A stretch of DNA of 64,000 nucleotides from an uncultured Litorivicinus sp. (GCA_902536515.1 CACAXU010000001.1:2223-66222), one strand, 5' to 3'. Shown: positions 21,918 to 30,180, numbered from the stretch's first letter. Program-made: numbers and translations. Notes: a model not told the origin generated them from the letters alone.

Positions 21918-22154
21918 ATGATGAATAAAGCTAAACTTCATACTGATCTAATAGAGCAAACTTTGCTCGCTTTATCCAAGCCAACTTTAGATGCAAAGCT
22001 GAGCCTCTTACATCTAATTGGACTATGGCTTGATTTACACCCTGATGCCGATGTCTATGAGCGTTTTAAAGCTCGCACCGCCCTCAGCTTGCTAAAGGAG
22101 AGTTTGGGTGAAGGTGCGAAAGAAATCCAAAATAACATTCAGTCAGCCGCATAG
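21918..22154 (+). CDS. Hypothetical protein (78 aa, Leu-rich, probably helical)
   Basis: AAGGGA RBS and TTGCAT-16-TAGAAT promoter-like elements upstream; no family recognised. Confidence 0.6.
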   Translation: MMNKAKLHTDLIEQTLLALSKPTLDAKLSLLHLIGLWLDLHPDADVYERFKARTALSLLKESLGEGAKEIQNNIQSAA

Positions 22155-22234
22155 AGTGCAATGCATATCACCATCACAACCTGAGTAGTTTGTGTTGATA
22201 TTTCAGCACCTTGCAGAGCCTGCATAGACGCTAA

Positions 22235-22252
22235 TGGTGGCCAGAGAACGGA
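22235..22252 (-). repeat. Inverted copy of tRNA-Phe 3' end (att-like)
   Basis: TGGTGGCCAGAGAACGGA versus reverse complement of tRNA end TGGTGGCCAGAGACGGA: 13 nt exact, then one extra A. Confidence 0.75.
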
Positions 22253-22275
22253 TAGATATCTATCGTACCCAGCCG

Positions 22276-22656
22276 TCAAACTCGGATCCAGACAGAATCT
22301 GTCGCAAGACGATAGCTTCCAATATATTCATGATAGTAAGCTCCAAATTCCTCTGGTGCGATCATACTGACCCACTCCTCACCATTTTCGCGTCGGTATA
22401 GATGGTAAATATGGCCAATGATTGGAACGAAACTGACTGTGGCATGATACATCCGTTGTGTATCTTCAGATGTCGCAACGAGTTGACGAAATTCTTCCTG
22501 CAGTTCCTCGTAACGACCGCGCAACTTTGCAGATGCTTCTTTCGACTTCACCTGGCGATAGCCGGTCGTGTCAACCTCGGTTATTGCAGGCGCACCAACA
22601 CTATCACCATAAGTCATGGTCGATTTGTTATCTGCTACACGATCTGGTTTTTTCAT
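22276..22656 (-). CDS. DUF2452-like protein
   Basis: YGDSVGAPAI, F.PIIGHIYHLYRR, SMIAPEE, GSYRL..D.VW pattern recalled for DUF2452. Confidence 0.75.
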   Translation of the reverse strand: MKKPDRVADNKSTMTYGDSVGAPAITEVDTTGYRQVKSKEASAKLRGRYEELQEEFRQLVATSEDTQRMYHATVSFVPIIGHIYHLYRRENGEEWVSMIAPEEFGAYYHEYIGSYRLATDSVWIRV

Positions 22657-22799
22657 TCTTGCGGATCACTTCCCGGATAATAATATCCATCATCTTCTTG
22701 CGACGTGGGCGGGCTTTCCGGCGCCTTAGTTGTCGGTTGTTTTGCTATAACAGTGTCTGCCTCATCCTTGAGTTCATCCTCATAAACTCCGCCACACAT
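22653..22799 (-). CDS. Small acidic hypothetical protein (48 aa, MCGGVYEDEL...GYYYPGSDPQE)
   Basis: ATG at 22799 with GGGGA upstream; stop overlaps the DUF2452 start (ATGA). Confidence 0.5.
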   Translation of the reverse strand: MCGGVYEDELKDEADTVIAKQPTTKAPESPPTSQEDDGYYYPGSDPQE

Positions 22800-23084
22800 C
22801 AGTCTTGTCCCCCAGTGTCTACGATTGCCAGCGCTACAAACAAAGCGATGTCTAGTCAGAGTAGGACTGGAACAGATTTTTCCATTATTTTCTTCCAAGC
22901 TCTAACATCCTATTGTTAGTGGGGAGACCGAGTGTGGTGTTCAAGGTTTTGAAGTGACTCACATTTGGAAACAAAATCGACTTGTTTGATTCAGTCGCGT
23001 ATCTTCACAAAGGATCGAGTAAACTGTTTTAATGAAAACGTTTAAGCACTCTCATATCAATAAAAACGAAAGAGGGAATTAATA

Positions 23085-23273
23085 ATGGCTACTTACGAAT
23101 GTGACGCATGTGGAATGGCAGTGAATGCATCATGTGCAAAGTGTGATGCGGCACTGGTCGATGGTTTATTGACCCTTGATGACGGAACGGTTGTTCAAAT
23201 CTCAAAATGCCCGGAATGCGAAGGAAAAATTAAGAGCCCACAATGTTGTGGGGCTGATATGGTCGCAAACTAA
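23085..23273 (+). CDS. Small Cys-rich metal-binding protein (desulforedoxin-like with inserted CxxC pair)
   Basis: CDAC, CAKC, CPEC, CCGADM; GAGGG RBS. Confidence 0.8.
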   Translation: MATYECDACGMAVNASCAKCDAALVDGLLTLDDGTVVQISKCPECEGKIKSPQCCGADMVAN

Positions 23274-23687
23274 AAGAGCTTATCGCGAGGCTTTATCGAA
23301 ACCTAAGTAATGCTCTAAGATCGAGTCTCTTTCCCTGGCATCACAACCAGAGCAACCGCGCATGCGACAGATTGAATTGTTGGTTGTATATCCTGCCCAA
23401 TCCTGTAACCTAGGCGACGTCGGGAAGGGATACCATCCGGGTCTATATGATAAATGAGCCTAGGCTTTCAGGGCAAGGAGTCCCAGTTCTAGGTTCATAT
23501 CCGTTTCTCTATTTGGCGTCTGAATCGATGCCTAAACCCATGAGTTAAAAAGTAATCCGATGCATTAGTTGGCCAGTGTATATTGCTCGCATACACAGGA
23601 TGTACCAAAGTCGGCTCATCCCCCAGGCGAAAACCTCGCTCCAATAATCTATCTGTAATTAAGGTATGCCAAAAGCCAATCACGAAC

Positions 23688-24716
23688 TCACTTTAAGGTC
23701 TGATCCGAATACCTCGATAATTCAACCGAAGGATCAAAAATCCGTTGCCAAATCTCTGTCATGCGGCCGAGCTGTGGTCGTTGCTCAAGTTGCGCGAAGC
23801 TCCCGGTGACGACCCCATCAGTTTCTCTTTTGGCGACCTCAAAGTTGAATACGTAAGAGCCTTCGATGCCCATTCTCAAATCACTTAGAAAAATCTGGTC
23901 GCCGAACTCCCAAGCTTTGTACTGCCCCTTTGTGAACCATTGCAATCGTTGAACGCCTGGATGATTGGCGACTGGCTCCACCAATTCCAAATTTCTCGGA
24001 TAACCGACAATCTGTACGTCACCGATCTCATCAAAAACCGATGTCCAAATTTCGTAGTAGTGATCACCCGCAATGGCCACACTTCTCCACAATAGTGTAT
24101 TGAAAGGTGCGGGAGTCGATTCATAGACGCTGGGAGAGATGCCACGTAAATTGAGAGCAGACAGTGCTTTTTTATCAATAAAAACCTTAGCGCTCGCACT
24201 CCAAACTAAATAGGCAGTCGAGACGATCAACATTAAATGATTGATTTGTAGAGTGTGACGGGTATTCCGACTGACCAATGCGCTAACAAATGCAATGACC
24301 AAGGGCAGTGTATACAGCGGATCAATAATGAATAACAAGGAATGTGAAAATGGATGTGCTGACCACGGCCATAAAACCTGTGTGCCATAAACCGTAAATA
24401 AGTCTGCCAAGCTGTGAGTAACGAAACACAAGAAAATCGCTAGCCACCACTTGAGGAACACCTTATCAGCAAACTGCTTCGGACGAGTCATCAGCCAGGC
24501 AAGTCCAGGCGCCACTAGAGCTTGAATCAAAAACGAATGAGAAAAACCACGATGATAAGTCATGTTTTCAATTGGTCCGCCGAAATCGATAAGCACATCC
24601 AGATCAGGCAAGGTACCGAATACAGCACCATACAGAGCGGCACGCTTTCCGATGCGCTGACCTAATATTGCATAGCTAACCGTACCACCAAGAACAGCCT
24701 GCGTTACTGAATCCAC
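23688..24716 (-). CDS. Membrane-bound metal-dependent hydrolase (YdjM/YfhP-like)
   Basis: MDSVTQAVLG, LPDLD, HRGFSHS, THSLAD.FT.YGT, FIIDPLYT, DLRMG. Confidence 0.88.
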   Translation of the reverse strand: MDSVTQAVLGGTVSYAILGQRIGKRAALYGAVFGTLPDLDVLIDFGGPIENMTYHRGFSHSFLIQALVAPGLAWLMTRPKQFADKVFLKWWLAIFLCFVTHSLADLFTVYGTQVLWPWSAHPFSHSLLFIIDPLYTLPLVIAFVSALVSRNTRHTLQINHLMLIVSTAYLVWSASAKVFIDKKALSALNLRGISPSVYESTPAPFNTLLWRSVAIAGDHYYEIWTSVFDEIGDVQIVGYPRNLELVEPVANHPGVQRLQWFTKGQYKAWEFGDQIFLSDLRMGIEGSYVFNFEVAKRETDGVVTGSFAQLEQRPQLGRMTEIWQRIFDPSVELSRYSDQTLK

Positions 24717-24743
24717 ACCGGCTTTCCTTAAACTCTGATATCC

Positions 24744-24935
24744 CTAGAGGTTTGCGTTTTCATGCAGTTCGATCGCCATTTCCAATAATCGTTCAACATC
24801 GAGCTTTCCATAATTTGCTCGGCTCCATTCAAGCCCTTTTCGCAACTGATCGATATCAAGTTTCATCAGGCCAGTTACAATTTGATCGTGAGCTCCACGG
24901 ACCAAGATTTCCACCTCACTTTGCTTTTTTGACAC
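24744..24935 (-). CDS. Hypothetical protein (about 63 aa)
   Basis: GAGGTG RBS 4 nt before GTG 24935; lies directly upstream of the hydrolase; no family recognised. Confidence 0.55.
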   Translation of the reverse strand: MSKKQSEVEILVRGAHDQIVTGLMKLDIDQLRKGLEWSRANYGKLDVERLLEMAIELHENANL

Positions 24936-25317
24936 ATTACACCTCATCATTCATTGTTTCTGGTTTCAGGGTCTGATCTTGTTTTTAAGACCAAGAAATA
25001 GAACGCCAACAGACATCCAGAGGATTGCGAGCTTAAGGTGAAATTTAAAGCTAACCAACCGCTTCTACCGACGGCCAAGTGATCACAGTTTCATTCGAAG
25101 TTACAAATCATTAGCCGTGAATTATCCGGATAGAGCTCTTTTTTATAGCGCATGCATTATCGGCAGCCTCAAGGTATTGCCGGCAAATTAGAGGGAATGA
25201 AGACCAATGAATGTCAGTGTTGTTAATGGATGGCTAAATCCAAACCTGAGACTTTCTAGTCACGCAACCCAAAACCAGACTGGTCCTCTCGGTATCGATT
25301 AGGTATATCCCACGGAT

Positions 25318-25482
25318 TTATCGATGCTTCTTGTCAGTCAGGTTTGGCAACGCACATTGCCCTCTGGCACAAGCTTGTCGCGCCTGCAGTCTTTCTATTG
25401 CGAAGTCAATATCACGGGTTAAATAGAAGAGCGTGACGACCCACCACCAGACTTTCTGAACATGCGAATGTTTCTCCACCAA
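25318..25482 (-). CDS. Small hypothetical protein (about 54 aa; WWWVVTLFYL hydrophobic patch, C-x4-C)
   Basis: Manual translation, not in ORF track; AAGGAG RBS overlaps the stop of the upstream peptide; TTG 25482 or GTG 25479 start. Confidence 0.45.
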   Translation of the reverse strand: MVEKHSHVQKVWWWVVTLFYLTRDIDFAIERLQARQACARGQCALPNLTDKKHR

Positions 25483-25491
25483 CTCCACTCC

Positions 25492-25626
25492 TTACTTCTT
25501 CTGTCGTTTATTAGGTTTAATATCCTCGGCCATCCATCGCTTGATCACTGCGGCAATACGCTTCGGGTTCTGTTTGATTTGCTTTTGTAGTTTTACAAAT
25601 TCCTTAATCCTATCTTCGTCTGCCAT
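25492..25626 (-). CDS. 44-aa peptide resembling the FliF C-terminal FliG-binding tail
   Basis: Manual translation MADEDRIKEFVKLQKQIKQNPKRIAAVIKRWMAEDIKPNKRQKK*; strong GGTGAGGAGA RBS; not in ORF track. Confidence 0.7.
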   Translation of the reverse strand: MADEDRIKEFVKLQKQIKQNPKRIAAVIKRWMAEDIKPNKRQKK

Positions 25627-25814
25627 TCAGTCTCCTCACCTAATTCAATCTATTAACTGGATAGTCAGTAATTTGAATCCTTTGCATGTACAACATCAAA
25701 TGATTGAACTTGAGCTCTATTATTCAGTAGCATAATTCAACTGATGTTGAAAATACGATCATACAAAATCTTTATAGTAGTGATATCTTAAAAAGAACTA
25801 AGGAGATTTAATCA

Positions 25815-26195
25815 ATGCCCCCACGTCGTTGGACTACAGAAGAGCTGGATATAGCAAATAAAATGTTGAATTCTGGCGCATCATTCGTCGAAATTGGCAA
25901 AACAATAGACCGGAGTGGTGCGGCTGTTGAAGCAAAACTAAAGGGACAGAGTACCCAGAAAACTGCGGGTGCGAAGAATAAACCAAAACCCGAGCCTCAA
26001 ACGGTACTTGAAGTAGGATCAGTCGAGGCGAAAAGCACTAAAGTAGAGGAAAAACCAATCCCTCCTCAACCTCAACAAGCTAAACCAGACCCAACATCAA
26101 TCTCAAATGACGATGAGCGAGAGGGCTCGACCGTTAAATATATTGTTGGCGCTGTTATCGTTGCGGTTGTAATCTATTTTTTGTTTGGGGACTAA
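25815..26195 (+). CDS. Myb/SANT- or GcrA-like HTH protein with Pro/Lys-rich linker and C-terminal membrane anchor
   Basis: RWTTEELD...GASFVEIGKTIDRSGAAVEAK; C-terminal YIVGAVIVAVVIYFLFG; TAAGGAG RBS. Confidence 0.75.
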   Translation: MPPRRWTTEELDIANKMLNSGASFVEIGKTIDRSGAAVEAKLKGQSTQKTAGAKNKPKPEPQTVLEVGSVEAKSTKVEEKPIPPQPQQAKPDPTSISNDDEREGSTVKYIVGAVIVAVVIYFLFGD

Positions 26196-26223
26196 CAAGA
26201 GGTAATACTACCGTCCTGACACA

Positions 26224-26982
26224 TCAAGAAACCATCGCTGTTCCGCCAGTGATCAGTGTGGCTACGAACAAGAACCATCTCAGTACTCTAGGGTCAGTAT
26301 AGACAGCAAACTTCACTCCAAAATAAGCGCCAGCAACGTACCCAATTGATAGGATGAATCCTTCCATCCAAGCGACCTGGTCCTGCCAAACAAAGACCGC
26401 GAGGGAGACGAGCGTAAAAACGAATGTACAAACCAATTTGATCGCATTCGCACGAACAATGTCATAACGCAACGTACCGGCAATCGATGCTAAGAGCAAA
26501 AACCCAACACCGGCCTGAACAAACCCCCCGTAAAAACCAGCAGCTAGAAGACCGACCAACGCAGACGGAGTCTCGCTAACTCGACGCACCGTTGTTCCGC
26601 TTGGTGGCGAGACAACGGCTGGCCTTAAAAGTACCAAGAGAGACATACAGATCATCATTCCTACCAAAAGTGGCTTAAGGATAGCAGGGGGTGCGAAGGC
26701 AGCCGCCAATGAACCGAAGAGACCACCAATAGCCATCGGGATAAGAATCGCTTTGAGATCAAAAGTCTCTAACTTTTTATGCCGCTTAAACTCAGAGACT
26801 GCTACCACGGATTCAACGAAAATACCGACCCGGTTGGTTGCGTTAGCAACTTCAGGCGGCATACCCATAACCATTAGGGTTGGAAGTACAAGATTTGAGC
26901 CACCTCCAGCCACTGTGTTGATCGCGCCGGCGAGTAATGCAACAAAAATGAGAATAACGATTTCAAAACCGGCAAATTCCAT
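26224..26982 (-). CDS. Sulfite exporter TauE/SafE family membrane protein
   Basis: AGAINTVAGGG, ANATNR, GFYGGFVQAGVG; multi-TM. Confidence 0.88.
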   Translation of the reverse strand: MEFAGFEIVILIFVALLAGAINTVAGGGSNLVLPTLMVMGMPPEVANATNRVGIFVESVVAVSEFKRHKKLETFDLKAILIPMAIGGLFGSLAAAFAPPAILKPLLVGMMICMSLLVLLRPAVVSPPSGTTVRRVSETPSALVGLLAAGFYGGFVQAGVGFLLLASIAGTLRYDIVRANAIKLVCTFVFTLVSLAVFVWQDQVAWMEGFILSIGYVAGAYFGVKFAVYTDPRVLRWFLFVATLITGGTAMVS

Positions 26983-27069
26983 GATGAGCGATCCATTGAT
27001 GAAAGCGCGAGCATACGCGTCGCTAAGAGGAACTCAAAATAAATTGAATGATCAGGATGAAGTTGAAGA

Positions 27070-27849
27070 CTATTGCTCAACGAACTCCGGTCTCTCTAAG
27101 TCAGCTAACCATTCTGATAAATCTTGGGCGACCGGCTTTCCGTGCTCAGCCAAAAACTCGATCAATCGTCGAGCATTCAACGTCACAATATTGCTTTCAG
27201 GAAATCCAACCTGACCAATTTTCTGAAGGGCAACATCGACGTCACCGATCGTGTAATGGACATGGGAATCGCTAGATAGGGCCACCTTCCAATCCAATGC
27301 TTTTACGGTCTCGAGGATCTCGATACAGTTAGGCTCGCTACCGAGCCGCGAACTGACGAAGGATGAGTTGTTAATTTCGATCAGGACGTTATTGTCGCGG
27401 GCAGCACGAATAACCTCTTCAATATCGATTGGGTAATTTGGATTACCCGGATGTCCAAGAATTTGTATCAGACCTGTTTCCATGGCTGCAATCATTGCTC
27501 GAGTATGCGTTTGACGATCCGATGGTGGGAAAACGGGTTCGTGGAAACTCGCTATCCCAAAATCCATAAAACTCATGAGCGTGTGATTGATATCAAGTGG
27601 CTGATGGTCAGCGGGAAGGATGTTCGCTTCAATCCCCCGAAGCATTGCCACACCATAACGAATGCGAGGCAATACTCGCATATTTCCAAAGTGCCATGGA
27701 TGGGGCGAGTCAGGCATCTCCGGGCCATGATCTGTAATACTGAATAACTGAAGCCCTTTGTCCGAAGCGGCTCGAAAATATTCTTCGACAGTAGAAAAAG
27801 CATGTGTACTCGCCACCGTATGTGCGTGGGTATCTGTTAAATGCTTCAT
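27070..27849 (-). CDS. ycdX: PHP-family zinc phosphatase
   Basis: DTHAHTVASTHAFST, ITDHGP, GIEANI, HPGNP, EINNSS, SDSH. Confidence 0.9.
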   Translation of the reverse strand: MKHLTDTHAHTVASTHAFSTVEEYFRAASDKGLQLFSITDHGPEMPDSPHPWHFGNMRVLPRIRYGVAMLRGIEANILPADHQPLDINHTLMSFMDFGIASFHEPVFPPSDRQTHTRAMIAAMETGLIQILGHPGNPNYPIDIEEVIRAARDNNVLIEINNSSFVSSRLGSEPNCIEILETVKALDWKVALSSDSHVHYTIGDVDVALQKIGQVGFPESNIVTLNARRLIEFLAEHGKPVAQDLSEWLADLERPEFVEQ

Positions 27850-27918
27850 TCGTGCCTCCTACTTGATTTCATTAGTCTATGAAGGTTTTATTGCAGTGTC
27901 TTGACGTTTGGTGATCTG

Positions 27919-28758
27919 ATGGTGAAGTCGCAACCTATTTCCTACGCAGAAGATTGGATGCCGATCCAGCAACGGCTTCTAATCAAAACAATGGAGACAT
28001 TCACAGGTCGTGGACGCCTGATGCGTCGGTATCGCGCATTCCAATCAGCATCCAGCCCATTTCAAACGCCGGAGGTCTGGGACATGGCCATGGATCATTT
28101 AGGCTGTCGCGGACCGTCAACGGAGCAAATCAAAATCCCACGGCGTCGAACAAACCAAGGCTTGTTGCTGATCGCCAATCATCCATTCGGCGTGACAGAC
28201 GGAGTGACCTTGGCTTGGATCGCATCGCGGCTCGATCCCAATTTCCGTGTAATTGCCAACGGGGTTTTGAGACAAGAACCGTCCTTGAATCCAAATATCT
28301 TACCTGTCGAATTTCAACCGGGTCGACACGCAACTAAAATCAATGTCGAGACTCGACGGCAAGCGATTCAAATACTTAAATCTGGAGGCGTCGTTGCGCT
28401 TTTCCCTGCAGGTGCCGTCTCTTGGTCTCAACAGCGTGGCGCACCAGTTGAAGATGACACGTGGAAACCGCTGGTTGGGAGACTCGTGAGAGCCTCTGGG
28501 TGCGATGTCCTACCCATCCGATTCTATGGTTCCAACTCGAAACTTTTCCAGCACGCGTCGAGAACAGCACTCACCCTCCGCCTTGGATTGTACATGCACG
28601 AAATCAAACGCCGTCTCGATCAACCAATCCGATTCGAAATCATGCCAATTATCGAACACCAAGAGATTCCGAATGTTCCAGAGCAAGCGCTCGCCCAGTG
28701 GCTCAGAAATCAACTGTTTTCAGGTAACGGAATAAACTCGCTGTCGCTTGGTACTTGA
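27919..28758 (+). CDS. Lysophospholipid acyltransferase family protein
   Basis: IANHPFGVTDG (HX4D) and LFPAGAVS motifs; start uncertain. Confidence 0.85.
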   Translation: MVKSQPISYAEDWMPIQQRLLIKTMETFTGRGRLMRRYRAFQSASSPFQTPEVWDMAMDHLGCRGPSTEQIKIPRRRTNQGLLLIANHPFGVTDGVTLAWIASRLDPNFRVIANGVLRQEPSLNPNILPVEFQPGRHATKINVETRRQAIQILKSGGVVALFPAGAVSWSQQRGAPVEDDTWKPLVGRLVRASGCDVLPIRFYGSNSKLFQHASRTALTLRLGLYMHEIKRRLDQPIRFEIMPIIEHQEIPNVPEQALAQWLRNQLFSGNGINSLSLGT

Positions 28759-29582
28759 GCAAATCGGCCATTCACCCAATCGGCTTTTGCCTGCTCAATG
28801 CGTTCCTGATCTGAGGACACAAAGTTCCACCAAAGATGTCTTGGTCCATCGAGCGGTTCGCCACCAAATACCAAGACTCGTGCACCAAGCGGAGCAACAA
28901 CGCCGACTTCTTGACCCGGTGCCAAAATCAAGAGTTCTGATTCGGGATATCGAACCCCATCGATCTCGAGCGCACCCTGCGCACTATAAATCGCTCTCTC
29001 TTGAAACTGTTTTGGGATCTGAATGGCGCTACATTGGGACATCTGGAGATCCACATACAAAGAATCCCGCGGAAAAGAAACCAAGCTTTTGAGTCCAAAC
29101 CATTCACCAAGTAATACCCGACCTTCGATCCCGTGATCAGAGAATTGAGGAAGACTCGATTCACCGTAGTGATCAAAACTCGGCGCCGTCTCCTCCATCG
29201 CTCGAGGTAACGCTAGCCAACTTTGGATGCCAAATAATTGGGAAATATTTGCCCGAGACTCAGAGTCTGATCGCTCAGAGTGCACAATTCCCGAGCCTGC
29301 TGTCATTAAATTCACAGTTCTTGGCCCGATGACCATATCATTACCGAGGCTATCTCGATGCTGCATAGATCCTGCAAATAGATAACTGAATGTGGAAAGC
29401 CCAATGTGTGGGTGTGGTCGGACATCCAATCCAACATCCCGAATCAATTCGCCTGGACCGAATTGATCCCAAAAAACAAATGACCCGACAGCGCGTTTTT
29501 CGCGTGATGGTAATGCGCGTTTTACTTCAAGATTACCAATGTCTGATGTCCGCGGAATAATCTGTGTTTCAACTGGATGCAT
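28710..29582 (-). CDS. Pirin family protein
   Basis: HPHIGL, HRDSLG, MTAGSGIVHSE, WWNFVSS; start at ATG 29582 with GGAG. Confidence 0.92.
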   Translation of the reverse strand: MHPVETQIIPRTSDIGNLEVKRALPSREKRAVGSFVFWDQFGPGELIRDVGLDVRPHPHIGLSTFSYLFAGSMQHRDSLGNDMVIGPRTVNLMTAGSGIVHSERSDSESRANISQLFGIQSWLALPRAMEETAPSFDHYGESSLPQFSDHGIEGRVLLGEWFGLKSLVSFPRDSLYVDLQMSQCSAIQIPKQFQERAIYSAQGALEIDGVRYPESELLILAPGQEVGVVAPLGARVLVFGGEPLDGPRHLWWNFVSSDQERIEQAKADWVNGRFAQVPSDSEFIPLPENS

Positions 29583-29715
29583 AAACTTCTCCAAATCCAA
29601 ATAATCAATGCGATGACAAAACAAATAAAGAGCCTTTATGGATGCTTAATTCATTCCATTTTGGAACCGCTGATGCACGCTTTCTTTTCTCCGGTAACGC
29701 GCGTATCGTCTCGCC

Positions 29716-30180
29716 ATGCTGACAGTGTGCCTCTATCAACCCGAAATCCCACCGAACACAGGAAACATCATCCGCCTGTGCGCAAACACAGGAAGTCAAT
29801 TACATTTAATTCGTCCACTGGGCTTTTCGCTTAACGAAAAATCGGTCAGGCGATCCGGTTTGGATTATCACGATCTGGCACGCGTTAAAGAATTTGAGTC
29901 ATGGGATGATTATATCGGCGGTCCAGAGGAACGGATTTTTGCGCTTTCGACCAAAGGTACTGTGTCGTATGAATCGATCGCTTATCAGTCAGAGGATGTT
30001 TTATTGTTTGGGCCTGAGACACGCGGGCTCCCCGAAGATGTCAGAAAGCACAATGCAGTAACTGAAGTCATTCGTGTCCCGATGTGCCCTAACAACAGAA
30101 GTTTAAATTTATCAAATGCGGTTGCGATTGTCCTCTACGAAGCGTGGCGTCAACTGGGCTTCCCGGGAGGCGTCGCGTGA
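29716..30180 (+). CDS. trmL: tRNA (cytidine/uridine-34 2'-O)-methyltransferase
   Basis: [42 protein letters not shown]. Confidence 0.96.
   Translation: MLTVCLYQPEIPPNTGNIIRLCANTGSQLHLIRPLGFSLNEKSVRRSGLDYHDLARVKEFESWDDYIGGPEERIFALSTKGTVSYESIAYQSEDVLLFGPETRGLPEDVRKHNAVTEVIRVPMCPNNRSLNLSNAVAIVLYEAWRQLGFPGGVA

Larger units (their letters stand above)
20117..26200. mobile_element. Decayed tRNA-Phe-anchored genomic islet (right boundary uncertain)
   Basis: Two integrase remnants abut the tRNA 3' end; att-like tRNA fragment at 22235; low coding density and many small ORFans compared with the flanks. Confidence 0.7.

Noticed and set aside
22458-22919. 153-aa plus-strand ORF in the islet
   Set aside because: Antisense to the DUF2452-like gene and its coupled peptide; no protein-like features
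23321-23343. TCGAGTCTCTTTCCCTGGCATCA as another tRNA 3'-end remnant
   Set aside because: Too many mismatches to tRNA-Phe or any tRNA I can assign
23495-23683. 62-aa minus-strand ORF, possibly part of a decayed redoxin-like gene
   Set aside because: No intact motif (no CxxC); similarity too faint to call without a search
25541-25735. 64-aa plus-strand ORF in the track
   Set aside because: TTG start without RBS, antisense to the better-supported 44-aa peptide
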